From Elsinoe ampelina (Eukaryota), in the NCBI GenBank assembly GCA_010093995.1, contig ML992522.1:62001-117773 (forward strand): a stretch of DNA of 55,773 nt. Reading direction: 5' to 3'. A program made the translations under genes and the position numbers. The notes beneath the pieces are model-generated. The model made no database searches. It saw only the letters and a program-made list of their open reading frames with translations, and was not told the DNA's origin. This document shows, piece after piece, positions 35,223-45,897 of this stretch (positions are counted from its first letter, which is position 1; the number at the start of each line of letters is the position of its first letter).

Positions 35223-37253
35223 ATGCCCTCGAACTCCAACGGAAGGCAGCCTCTACCCACTTCATGGGCCGACTATGAGCGTGGTGGACGCCGGGATTCC
35301 TCCGAATCCACAGCCAGCAGAGTACACTTTTCAGAGGAAGACGCCGTGGCAGATCGAGACTATGGCACAGTTCACAGAGATGGTTCCTTCTCACAAAACC
35401 TGCGGAGGAGGAGGTCGTCCATGTCCATGCGGATCAATACTTTGAGGAATGCAGGAGGTGTGAACAGTATCGACAACTTTGCCAGGTCTTGGACTCGAGC
35501 AGGTCTATTCCATGAGATCACACCAGCGCCTCGCCCATCTTTCCGCATCACAGACACCGACGAGGAGCAGTCCGAGAGCAGCTATACCAGGCAAGATGTA
35601 GAGGAAGCATCACCACAAGAGCACAGATCACTGTTGAGGTCGGCTTTGGAAGCGGATGGTCGGAGGGCTTCGGATAATGTTATAGTCGAGGAGGACGGTC
35701 ACCCTTCAAAGGGATCCTGGACAAATTCCGATGGGAGCACAACAACTCGGGGTCATCCATCTGCTCGAGACGACAGCACTTTTCAGGTCGAACCGCAACT
35801 GCAATCAGTCTTTGGAGGTAGCTATGGCACGAGTTACGGCAGTGTCGTGTCACGCCTGGACTCGTCTATACGGCACACTGGCCGCCTTTCACGACCGTCA
35901 CTAGCACCACCTCTGACGAGTGTGCCAGTCCATTTGGGCGACGTCGGTGAAGCCGGCGAGCAAGAACCACTTCTCGTCAAGCAAGTTGAAGAGGAAGACG
36001 GCAAGATCATCAACGTCGTCGTTGGGCAATCGACCCTACCACAGACCATCTTCAACTCTGTCAATGTGCTCATTGGAGTTGGTCTCCTGGCCTTGCCCCT
36101 CGCGCTGCAGTATTCTGGTTGGGTGATCGGTTTACTCTTCCTCCTCTGGGCAGCCATTGTCACGCAATACACCGCCAAGATACTCGCCAAATGCCTCGAC
36201 GTTGACTCCTCCCTGATTACCTTTGCCGACCTTGCCCTGGTTTCCTTCGGCCATCGCGCCAGGCTCCTCACCTCGATCCTCTTCTGCGCCGAGCTCCTCG
36301 GAGCCTGCGTCGCACTCGTCGTGCTCTTTGCTGACTCTCTCGATGCCCTTATCCCCGGCCTCAACGTCACTACATGGAAGATCATCTGCGGACTTCTCCT
36401 CATCCCGCTCTCCTTCCTCCCTCTCCGCCTCCTCTCCTTCTCCTCCGTCCTCGGCATCATCTCCTGCACCACCATCGTCCTCGCCGTCTTCATCGACGGT
36501 CTCCTCAAGCCCGATGCCCCAGGCTCGCTCCGCAGTCCAATGTCCACCCCTCTCTTTCCCGACAATTGGGCCACCATCCCCATCTCCCTCGGCCTCCTCA
36601 TGTCCCCCTGGGGCGGCCACTCCGTCTTCCCCAACATCTACCGCGACATGCGCCACCCCTACAAATACCGCCGCGCCGTCAACACGACCTACATCATCAC
36701 CTCCCTCCTCGACATCTTCATGGCCGTCATCGGCCTGCTCATGTTCGGCGACCAAGTCCGCGACGAAATCACCTCCAACATCTTGCTCTCGGACGGCTAC
36801 CCGGCCTGGATCTCCGTCATCATCTGCGTCTGCATCGCCGTCATCCCCTTGACCAAAATCCCCCTCAACGCCCGCCCCATCATCTCCACGGTCGAAATCC
36901 TCCTCGGCATCGACGTGCGCACCGATCCTCCTTCCACCCCCTCCGCAGGCGCAGCGCTCACCACCCGCCGCATCGCCCGCGCGTCAGTCAAGATCGCAAC
37001 GACAATCATCTTTGTGTTGCTGGCGATTGTGCTGCCGAGTTTCGACACAATCATGAGTCTGGTGGGGAGCGTGGCGTGTTTTAGTATCTGTATCATACTG
37101 CCGTTGGCGTTTCACCTCAAGTTGTTCGGCAAGGAGATTCCCAGGGCGGAGAGGTGGGGGAATTGGGTGTTGATTGTGGTCAGTACCGTCATGGCGGTGG
37201 TGAGTACGGTGTTTAATTGTTTGCCGTTGGAGAGGTTGGGGTTGGTGAAATGA
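35223..37253 (+). CDS. AVT1: Vacuolar amino acid transporter, AAAP/Aa_trans family (Avt1-like)
   Basis: GGVNSIDNFARSWTRA in the N-terminal region; GQSTLPQTIFNSVNVLIGVGLLALP; GGHSVFPNIYRDMRHP; PLTKIPLNARP; about 11 hydrophobic segments. Confidence 0.9.
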   Translation: MPSNSNGRQPLPTSWADYERGGRRDSSESTASRVHFSEEDAVADRDYGTVHRDGSFSQNLRRRRSSMSMRINTLRNAGGVNSIDNFARSWTRAGLFHEITPAPRPSFRITDTDEEQSESSYTRQDVEEASPQEHRSLLRSALEADGRRASDNVIVEEDGHPSKGSWTNSDGSTTTRGHPSARDDSTFQVEPQLQSVFGGSYGTSYGSVVSRLDSSIRHTGRLSRPSLAPPLTSVPVHLGDVGEAGEQEPLLVKQVEEEDGKIINVVVGQSTLPQTIFNSVNVLIGVGLLALPLALQYSGWVIGLLFLLWAAIVTQYTAKILAKCLDVDSSLITFADLALVSFGHRARLLTSILFCAELLGACVALVVLFADSLDALIPGLNVTTWKIICGLLLIPLSFLPLRLLSFSSVLGIISCTTIVLAVFIDGLLKPDAPGSLRSPMSTPLFPDNWATIPISLGLLMSPWGGHSVFPNIYRDMRHPYKYRRAVNTTYIITSLLDIFMAVIGLLMFGDQVRDEITSNILLSDGYPAWISVIICVCIAVIPLTKIPLNARPIISTVEILLGIDVRTDPPSTPSAGAALTTRRIARASVKIATTIIFVLLAIVLPSFDTIMSLVGSVACFSICIILPLAFHLKLFGKEIPRAERWGNWVLIVVSTVMAVVSTVFNCLPLERLGLVK

Positions 37254-37662
37254 AATAATCTTGAGGATCGAGGAGCAAGAGAGGGAAGAATGATCTGGGA
37301 ATGAGGGAGGGAGAAGAGGAAAAGGTAAATTGATATCGATGGATTGGTCATAGCATGGTGTCACTGTAAGGTCAAACAAGCGTACATGTACATATCTGTT
37401 GCATACCAATCATGAACGACTTCACCACTCAGGCGTGCTTCAGACAGCGACGATTGCAAACTTGTGCTACTCGCAGTGTGGTTAACAGACATGAAATCCC
37501 ACGACCTTTGCACTGGCCCTTACACAACACAAGATTCTCAAAGCAGACTGATAGGACTTTCAGGATAGTAAAGCGCATTTTATCGTCTAGACATCTACCT
37601 TCTAATCACAGGAACCAGAAAAAACGCAAACATAGATCCACCCTCCTCCTCGTCCTCGCTCC

Positions 37663-39633
37663 TCAGATGAACCTCATCCTCTTCGCAATCGCCACACAAC
37701 ACAACACAAACCCCAGCATCACCCCTACAATCCCAAACCACCACCCCAACCCATCAGCATCCTTCCCCGGCACATTGACGTTCATGCCAAAGACACCCGC
37801 AATGAGATTAAGCGGCACCAAAATGGTCGCAATCAAGGTAATCTTGCTCAGCATCTGATTAGCATCGTTCCCCTGAGCGATATTGTCCAACGAAATCTGC
37901 GCCAGATAATTCGCGTGGCTCCGGCTCAACATCTTCTCGAAATGCCCCAGGTTACTCATCATCGTGACGACATGGTCCTGCACGTCGGACAGGTACAGCC
38001 CCACGTCACCGCGCGGCGTGACGGAGTATTGTTCCGTGCAGCGCTTGCTGAAGCCCTTGATGACGTCGGCCTTGCCGCCCAGTAGACGGAGCATCTGCAT
38101 GACGCGCTTGCGGCACTCGCCGATCTGGCGGAGGATTTGCTGGGCGTCTTCGAAGCGCGAGATGAAGACTTGGTCTTCGATGGCGTCGGATTCGTTCTCG
38201 ATGTCGCGGATGATGGGCGCGAACGAGTCGACGATTTCGTCGATGAGGGCGTAGCAGATCCAGTCGGCGCTGAGGTTGACGTAGTCGCGGAGGCGGCCGA
38301 TACGTTTGCGGACGTGGCTGGCGTGGTAGTTGGGGCAGAAGCTGAAGGTTAGGAGACCTTCGCGGAAAACGACGGCGTAGACGTTGATGGGGTCGAGGTA
38401 GTTCTCCGACTTGGGGTCTTCGTGGTAGAACGATCGGAAGCAGACGAAGTAGTAGGACTTGAACAGCTCGACCTTTTCGCGGGTCTCTTGGGTAGTGATG
38501 TCCTCCCTGGTCAGGGGATGAATGCCGAACGCTTTGCAGATGACGGCTACCTCCTCTTCGGACGGGTTGAGCATGTCCAACCACCAGACACCACCTTCAG
38601 GGCCGAGCTCGAATAGGTCGCGGAAGCCTTCGCCGGGCATGAGTAAGCCGCCGAGCTCAGCAGAGTGTACGGTCTCGTCGGCCTCAGAGGAGAAGAAGGT
38701 CCATCGGTTCTGCTGCCTGGTCGGACCCGTGGCAGTGGCTGGCCGGGAGAGACTGGTAGTTGAGCGGTGCATGTCATCGTCGACGCCAAGCTTCTCATCC
38801 AGCTGATCAGAGGCACAGGCACCAGAATCACAGGATCCCAGCTTGTCAGCCCTACCAGACTCCAGCTTGGTCCTACCAGAACGGAGGTCCTGGAAGATCT
38901 TGCAGTCCTTCTTTGCTTTCTGATTCTCGGCAGCAAAGGGGTGAGCCACAGGGGTCTTCTCATGCTGCTCGGCCACGAACTCATCCAGGTCTTCGAAATC
39001 GATAGTGTAGGTCTTGCCAGTATTTTCTGGAGGGAAGCAGACATCATCCTCAGCCAAGCTTCGTAGAGATTTGGTATCGCCAGCGAGTTCTGGAGAACGT
39101 ACGTCGCTGAAGGTTGGACGGCGGCTGAAGCGATGAGTGTCGTTGGAGACGGTCCTCTGCAGGCTGATCATTGACTGGTTCCTGCTCCCAATGGTCCCGG
39201 CTCTACCGCGTCGGCGTGTGGGGTCTGCGAAAGCATCCACGGAGTTGGGTGGCGAGGAGGACCTGGAACGCGAAGACTCGCGGCTGCGTCCTGCAGTGGG
39301 ATCAAGGGTTGGTCGTCTAAAGGTGCTTCGACGCGCGACAATGGGGCTTTGCTGACCAGATCGACCTGTCCTGCCTGAGCGAATACTGTCGTCGTCGGCT
39401 ACAGCTTGTTCGAAATCTCTTGCTACCATACCAGGGGACAGATAGTGAGCAAGAGGAGCTCGGGGGGTTGCGATCTGCTGCTGAAGGTCGTCTTGAAGGC
39501 TTGCCAGTGTCCCGCGGCGGGAGCGTTGTCCATCCGCTCTCGGAAGGGCTTCAGGCTGGTTACGGTGGTCATCTAACTCAGGTTCAGGAGTGCTGAACCT
39601 AGTGTGGGACCCAGAACGTGGGGTGTCCGTCAT
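37663..39633 (-). CDS. CorA-family Mg2+ transporter (Alr1/Alr2/Mnr2 type)
   Basis: WWLD..FGIHPLTREDI..ETREKVELF..YYFVCF, KADVIKGFSKR, SRSHANYLAQ, and the GMN signature (GVFGMNV) between two C-terminal TM helices. Confidence 0.93.
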   Translation of the reverse strand: MTDTPRSGSHTRFSTPEPELDDHRNQPEALPRADGQRSRRGTLASLQDDLQQQIATPRAPLAHYLSPGMVARDFEQAVADDDSIRSGRTGRSGQQSPIVARRSTFRRPTLDPTAGRSRESSRSRSSSPPNSVDAFADPTRRRGRAGTIGSRNQSMISLQRTVSNDTHRFSRRPTFSDVRSPELAGDTKSLRSLAEDDVCFPPENTGKTYTIDFEDLDEFVAEQHEKTPVAHPFAAENQKAKKDCKIFQDLRSGRTKLESGRADKLGSCDSGACASDQLDEKLGVDDDMHRSTTSLSRPATATGPTRQQNRWTFFSSEADETVHSAELGGLLMPGEGFRDLFELGPEGGVWWLDMLNPSEEEVAVICKAFGIHPLTREDITTQETREKVELFKSYYFVCFRSFYHEDPKSENYLDPINVYAVVFREGLLTFSFCPNYHASHVRKRIGRLRDYVNLSADWICYALIDEIVDSFAPIIRDIENESDAIEDQVFISRFEDAQQILRQIGECRKRVMQMLRLLGGKADVIKGFSKRCTEQYSVTPRGDVGLYLSDVQDHVVTMMSNLGHFEKMLSRSHANYLAQISLDNIAQGNDANQMLSKITLIATILVPLNLIAGVFGMNVNVPGKDADGLGWWFGIVGVMLGFVLCCVAIAKRMRFI

Positions 39634-40052
39634 TTTGTCGCGTGGGTAAAAGACTTTCGAGTGGATCTCTTCCTAGCGCCTTATATATTGGGTTTATGAG
39701 TGAGCGGCGCGCTTGCGCTCACTTTCTCACTTGAATCAACGTGATAGAGATGTCGCTGCTCCTTTGCTTCCCTGCCCGCTCGGACTGGTAACGATTGTTC
39801 AATTAGCCCATCGAATGGTGGTAGTGTTGGTAAGTTATGCTGTATTGCCAGAGGTAAATGTCGTACAGTCGGTCAAGTTATGGTGGCTTCTTGCAGCCTC
39901 CGCAGACGGCCCAGAATCTGGGACCGAGGAGAGGTCGGAGGGAGGAGAAGTGGTAGTAGAGTCCCGCCAACTTGGTGGTAGTTTTGTGAAGACGCCGGGG
40001 CGTCAGAGTGTCGAATGGAAGGATAGGTCGAAGAGAGCCTGTCCTTTCGAAA

Positions 40053-40086
40053 TCAGGATTGCCTGGTGGTCAGGATTGCCTGGTAG
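40053..40086. repeat. 17-bp direct repeat, 2 copies
   Basis: tcaggattgcctggtgg / tcaggattgcctggtag, upstream of the CorA gene. Confidence 0.85.
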
Positions 40087-40784
40087 TCACAATCGTCGTG
40101 GTCTACTCTTGTCTGTACTGGACCGCGCCGGTTTGCCGGTAGTTATGGAGTTGTTCAGGTTGGCTCAGGTGCCTGAGGATGTAGGTGATATAGACGGTAA
40201 ATGTCGTCGGTGTCGATAGGTAGAGAAAGACCAGGTGTCTGAGGAGGAACAGAAATCGTTGGACCCGTGTCGGAAAAAACGCTGTTTGGGCGTCGTCGCC
40301 AAGTCAGTCGAGATCAGCAGGGCTTAAGTTTTTAAGATCGATCCCACTGGTCGGCTCTTTTCCTGGCTACCATGACTGCCACATGGACCAGAAATGAATT
40401 CGTCGCGAAGCATTAATGTATATGGATATTTAGAGTTACTGTCCCTCCATGCATGTCCTTCTGATCAGTAGTCTCGACTTTGCTTCTGGACCAGATCTAA
40501 CAAAATGTAAACCCCTTTGTACCTTCTGCAGGGCTGCGCGTGCACGTCACTTCTGCCGTTCTGCGGCCTTTTTTTTCTGCAGGTGCCGACTAGCTTGAAG
40601 CAATGCACGGCTGTTGCCGGCCCTAGCCTGACGCAGTCGGAACTCCACGAACGTGTCCCTTTGACATGTGGAGGGAGCTTCACTATCAATCAATAGTCGG
40701 TGGCAAGTCTGTCCTATCCATCTACACGGCTTCCAGGAGCTTGGCTACGATTAAACACGGTGCAATCATCTCCACAATCCAGCC

Positions 40785-41198
40785 ATGGACGCGTATCTGG
40801 ATAAGGCCAGGGACATCTGGGAGGGGCAGATTGTAAGCAGCTTTCACCTCAGCTCGCCATGTAACCTTGACTAAGACATGTGTCCAGGACTTTGAAGGTC
40901 AGCGATTGGCAGAGGTGCTATCTAACGTCCTTCTTTCAGTCGTAGGGGTATGTATGTCCTTACAACAATCTCTCTCTTGCATTGACGGAACAAGGTCACC
41001 GCATTCCTGGCTGGCTACATCTCAGACAACATCACATACACACTCTGGCTTCTGCTTGGAGGAGCAGCATTCGCATTGCTGATCGTCGTACCACCCTGGC
41101 CCTTCTACAATCGCAATCCTGTCAAATGGCTGCCATCGACAAAGACATCAGGGGGAACCAGTTTCAACATTGTGGTAGACGGGAAGAAAGTTCAGTAG
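40785..41198 (+). CDS. SPC1: Signal peptidase complex subunit 1 (SPC12 family)
   Basis: Exons 40785-40832, 40888-40947, 40995-41198 give MDAYLDKARDIWEGQIDFEGQRLAE..two TM segments..VVPPWPFYNRNPVKWL..VDGKKVQ*. The ORF track does not show it as one ORF. Confidence 0.92.
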
Positions 41199-41431
41199 TC
41201 ATGAATCATGATTGATCATTCAAGCAAGCCAACTTTGACTGCTAATGCATGCCTCGTAAGCGACCATGCCATTCCTTGCGCTTTAGGCGCCCTGCCGGGT
41301 ATCGCTGCTTCTCGTCCATCATGCCTTTCAGATGACTCTCCGGCGCTGTCACTGAACGCGAGAGCGTCTCTTCTCTGGTCTGCCACAAACAGTATCTATT
41401 CCCGTATTGCTCTTCGCCGCCAGCTCCTGCT

Positions 41432-41927
<496 letters not shown>

Positions 41928-42466
41928 GATGCCAGATGTGAGTCGATCAGGTGTGGTGTGTGGCCGCCTTGGGTATGTGAACAGGTGATTTTGGGTTTGC
42001 AGTGGAAGATCGTGAGAGTCAGGAAAGGTCGGAAGCTTTATAAGGTGAGAAGGTGAGTGCTGTGAGTAAGGTGAAGCTTCAAGAATGCCTTGAGATGTCT
42101 TTTGAGCCGCATCGGGCTTTGCGCAGCTAAGATCCGATTGCGGGCAGCTTGGTGGCCGTGACATGTGATTGGGCAGCCTTTGCATTCCCAGCCGCACATG
42201 AGACTATGACATCGCAAGCCTGCCCGTGTCTATCTCTCCCTCTCTTTTCACAACCATGACTCTACTATCCATTTCCGACCTCATCCACTGCAGCCGCAAC
42301 GCAACCATCGCTTCAAGACCGCCGTAATCTCCAATATCACCTCCCCTGCACGACCTCCATCCCGCTCACTCGCCCCTGCTTCGTCGCATCGCAAGCTCGT
42401 GCGCGCGATAACGGCCGCTACCTTTGTCGACGACAACAACTCCCTCCTACACAACTCAAGCAGACC

Positions 42467-43783
42467 ATGACTGCAGTACTAGTGCCTCAATCTCATATAT
42501 CAAACATGCAATCAGAAGGCAACGACATTGCCAGTCCACACCTCCGGGCGCGGCGCCAGAACAACAAGCAAAATCGACAGCAATTTCAGAACCATGAAGC
42601 GCTATCGGACTCTAATGTTCCCATCGCCGGTACACCAAAGGGCAAGAAGCCGCAAAGAAACAGCCAATACGCGGACCGCACTGCTTCGGCAGCTCTTCCC
42701 AACAACAAGCAGGCGCATAGTGGTCAACATTCAAAGAGCCGACCTGTATCTGTAGCAGCACCTAACGGTAATCTGACCGCAACTCCTGCCAAAGCATCTT
42801 ACGCTGGAGCTGCATTCAATGCCTCGCCTGCCCCATCATCCTTGCCAGTCCCAAAGTTCTTCAGCAAATCAGTTCCTGGATCTAATGCTGCATCGGGCCT
42901 CCAAGCGAGAGTGGAAAGAGACGGTGACAGATCGGATTCCAATGAGCCAGTGTCGCAATCGACCTTGTCGCCAGGTCCCACTCGAAGCTCGGTCAAATCC
43001 CCTCTAGACATGTTCTTTGACGCTGATCGGCAAGAGAAAGCTCGCATCGGATCTGGCAGCACTTCTCGGCCAGGTCACTTCTCCTCACAATCTCGCAGTG
43101 AGACTCCCACCAAACCTAGAGATATGTTCATGCTAGAATTGGACGGCACCTCTAGTCCAGCTGCCAGTCAGTCCGGCACTCCCTCTTCCACACGACCTCA
43201 GCCTCAAATCGAGCGATCCCGCACTGCTCCGGATAATGTACCCACCCTGCAGCAGTCCGAAGACGCTCGTCGAGCTCAGCAGACGCAGTCACTCAAATCA
43301 TTCCTCAACCTCACTGCGGCAGAGTCGCCAAATAGCTCTCCTTTCTTGACAACTCCTCAGAACAATACTTTCGCTTCTCCAGCACACACTCCCCAGCAAG
43401 ACCCTAGTCTGCTCTACGGTAATCGCAATCTTTCACCACTATTCCAAGCCGCCCGATCTCCTCCAGCTCAACCTTCTCCCCAGTATCAACGCTTCAGTCA
43501 AGCTTCACCACATCCCAACAACAACAGCTACGCTAATGTGTACTCGGCAAATCAATATGTATCTCCTGCGAAATCTCCGAACCCTACTCCTGTACATAAT
43601 TATAACATGTACCAACCAAATTTTGCCGGATCAAGGCCCTCACAATGGCCTCACAATGGTTCTCAGAACTGGCAGCAACCTCCGATGAATGGATTGCCAC
43701 CACAAGCAAGCCCTCAACAAAGCGGAAACGACAATGTACGGGAGATGGAGGACAAGATGAGAAGGATGCTGAAGATGGGATAG
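42467..43783 (+). CDS. Disordered protein with a PNRC/Edc1-type motif (candidate mRNA decapping activator)
   Basis: 438 aa S/P/Q/N-rich ORF containing YAGAAFNASPAPSSLPVPKF (42800-42859) and several short amphipathic helices. Confidence 0.75.
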   Translation: MTAVLVPQSHISNMQSEGNDIASPHLRARRQNNKQNRQQFQNHEALSDSNVPIAGTPKGKKPQRNSQYADRTASAALPNNKQAHSGQHSKSRPVSVAAPNGNLTATPAKASYAGAAFNASPAPSSLPVPKFFSKSVPGSNAASGLQARVERDGDRSDSNEPVSQSTLSPGPTRSSVKSPLDMFFDADRQEKARIGSGSTSRPGHFSSQSRSETPTKPRDMFMLELDGTSSPAASQSGTPSSTRPQPQIERSRTAPDNVPTLQQSEDARRAQQTQSLKSFLNLTAAESPNSSPFLTTPQNNTFASPAHTPQQDPSLLYGNRNLSPLFQAARSPPAQPSPQYQRFSQASPHPNNNSYANVYSANQYVSPAKSPNPTPVHNYNMYQPNFAGSRPSQWPHNGSQNWQQPPMNGLPPQASPQQSGNDNVREMEDKMRRMLKMG

Positions 43784-44206
43784 CGAGCGCGCTTCATTCA
43801 TTTTCAATAACGTGCAGTCTTTCAGCGAGGCGTTCAGGATTCAAGCATGGCGGTATGGAGTCATATGTCTCCGTTCTATATTCTGGATGGATCATGGGAC
43901 ACCACCTGGCGTGGAATCTGGTTGCCGTGGAAGGGCTCATCAGGAAGGAGTGAGGGTATGGACGGATGTCATGATCGGTATTCACGTGGTCTGAAGTACA
44001 TGATGACGATCTACAATGACACCCATCCATATAAACGTACGTAGTCCAACAAGAAAATAATAAAAACAAATTTGCTGGCTGGCGAGCTGCAAAGCTCGTG
44101 GTCACAATACGAACCTCGCCTCATTCGTGCTGTGAACCACAGTGATTGGGCCCACTGACACGACTCTCCTTTGCCTATATATGCATGATATGTTTCATTT
44201 CGGGTA

Positions 44207-45565
44207 TCATATAAATCCAACATCCCCCTTCCACTCATCCGCTCCTACCTCCCTGAACTCCACCCCCTCCCCAAAATACCCAGCCTCACTCCAAGCCCGC
44301 ATCGTCGCCCCATCATACGGCCCATGCGCATCCCCACCATCCCTAGCGTCCGACCAGCGATACTCCCACATCTTCCCCTCCCCTGCCTCCGCCCCACCAT
44401 TCCCCGCCGCCGGCGCCGTCCAATCTTCGCCTGTCTCCCGCTTGTACTGCCGCATGAGCAACTCCCTCTCCTGCTCGTAGATCTCGGGCTGGCCTCGCGA
44501 GAACAACTGGTCTGCTGCGCCCGTGATGGCGTCGACGGTTTCCCTCCGCTTGGTCTCGGCCGGGTCTTCGGCTTCGTATTTCGTCGTGTCGACGTCCATC
44601 TCGTCGCCACCACCGTTGGGGTCGAGTTTTTTCCGCTTCCACTTTGGGATCTTCTTCTCGGGTTTCTTCTTTTTCTTGCCGCCGAGACGCTGGAGGGCTT
44701 CGAGAGGGGTTTCGCCCACGTCGAGGTGTAGGATGAGGGTGGAGAGGAGTTCGCTGTTGAGGATGCTGTCCATTTCTGCGTCCCGTCGGCGGCGGTCGGC
44801 GTCGCGTTGTTCTTGTGCTTCTCGGGCCTTTTTCATGTCTTTTTTGCTGAGTCCGTCGAGCCAGTTGTCGTGGACGGCGTCGGGGTCGGTGGCTTTTCTG
44901 ACGAAGTTGCCGGATTCGTCGAATTTGCCTTCCTCGGCTTCATCTTTCATGTTGAAGGCGTCTAGCTTGGGCGCATGTCTCTTCTTGCTTCCGGCTCCTA
45001 CTTCTGCGGCGTCCTCGTCCTCTGGGTCTAGCATGTCCCGTTCCTCGTCGTCGCCGCTTTCGCTCGAGCTTTCGATTTCGTCTCCCACCTTGCCTTTACC
45101 CTTCCCATCGAGCAGCAGATTCCCACTCACGTGTCCTCCGCTTTTACTCCGCAGCTCCTGCCCCTCGATGTCCTTCACATCGATGAATCGCACTTCCTTT
45201 CCCTTCTTCCCCTCCCTCTGCACCTCCTCGTCCGCATCCCCGTCCCCTGCCTCCATATCGGCAAACATATCCATCTCCTCCTCATCTTTACTCCCCTTCC
45301 CATTGGCCTTGCCCGCATCTGGACGCTCATACTCTCCCCCACTGCTATCGCTGTCGAACCCATCCAGGTTCACGGCATTGCGCTTTGTATGTTGGCCGGA
45401 CCGCCCGATCTCGTCGAGATCGAGCATCGTATCTTGTTCATCTGCATCATTGGTGTCTGGCGCGAGGGTAGAAGGGTTGCGGTAATCGAAGCGGGGCTTT
45501 TTGGCACTGTTGAAGCGGGCGGAGGATTCGGCGGTCCGTTTTTGACGGGCAGGGTTGGGAGGCAT
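44207..45565 (-). CDS. LIN1: LIN1/CD2BP2 (U5-52K) GYF-domain protein
   Basis: Acidic N-terminus, DAFNMKDEAEEGKFDESGNFVR, DNWLD, ETPLEALQRL, and a C-terminal GYF domain WEYRW..HGPYDGATMRAWSEAGYF. Confidence 0.88.
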   Translation of the reverse strand: MPPNPARQKRTAESSARFNSAKKPRFDYRNPSTLAPDTNDADEQDTMLDLDEIGRSGQHTKRNAVNLDGFDSDSSGGEYERPDAGKANGKGSKDEEEMDMFADMEAGDGDADEEVQREGKKGKEVRFIDVKDIEGQELRSKSGGHVSGNLLLDGKGKGKVGDEIESSSESGDDEERDMLDPEDEDAAEVGAGSKKRHAPKLDAFNMKDEAEEGKFDESGNFVRKATDPDAVHDNWLDGLSKKDMKKAREAQEQRDADRRRRDAEMDSILNSELLSTLILHLDVGETPLEALQRLGGKKKKKPEKKIPKWKRKKLDPNGGGDEMDVDTTKYEAEDPAETKRRETVDAITGAADQLFSRGQPEIYEQERELLMRQYKRETGEDWTAPAAGNGGAEAGEGKMWEYRWSDARDGGDAHGPYDGATMRAWSEAGYFGEGVEFREVGADEWKGDVGFI

Positions 45566-45897
45566 TGTGAGCGGGGGTTTCTGGGTAGAAGAGGGTTATA
45601 CTGAGCTGAGAAGAAACTCAAAGGGATAGTTGTCGCATCCCTGTAGGGAATCGGGAAGATAGTCGCCAATGTGAAGTCATCTTTTTGAGAGCTCGGAGCA
45701 GCTGTTCGCGGAGTGACGTTGGGCGTGACCAATGAGATGCTTTGCGCGGCGGACGGGCCGCAAAGCCGAGCAAGCAAAAATACATGGTCAGAGAAGGCGG
45801 ACTCATGCTCTCACATTGATCTGGTCCCCCCTGCTTTCATTTTGGCTGGGCAGAGGCATTTGAATAGCCTCTCAGAAAATACTGTAGGTGTGTGAGC

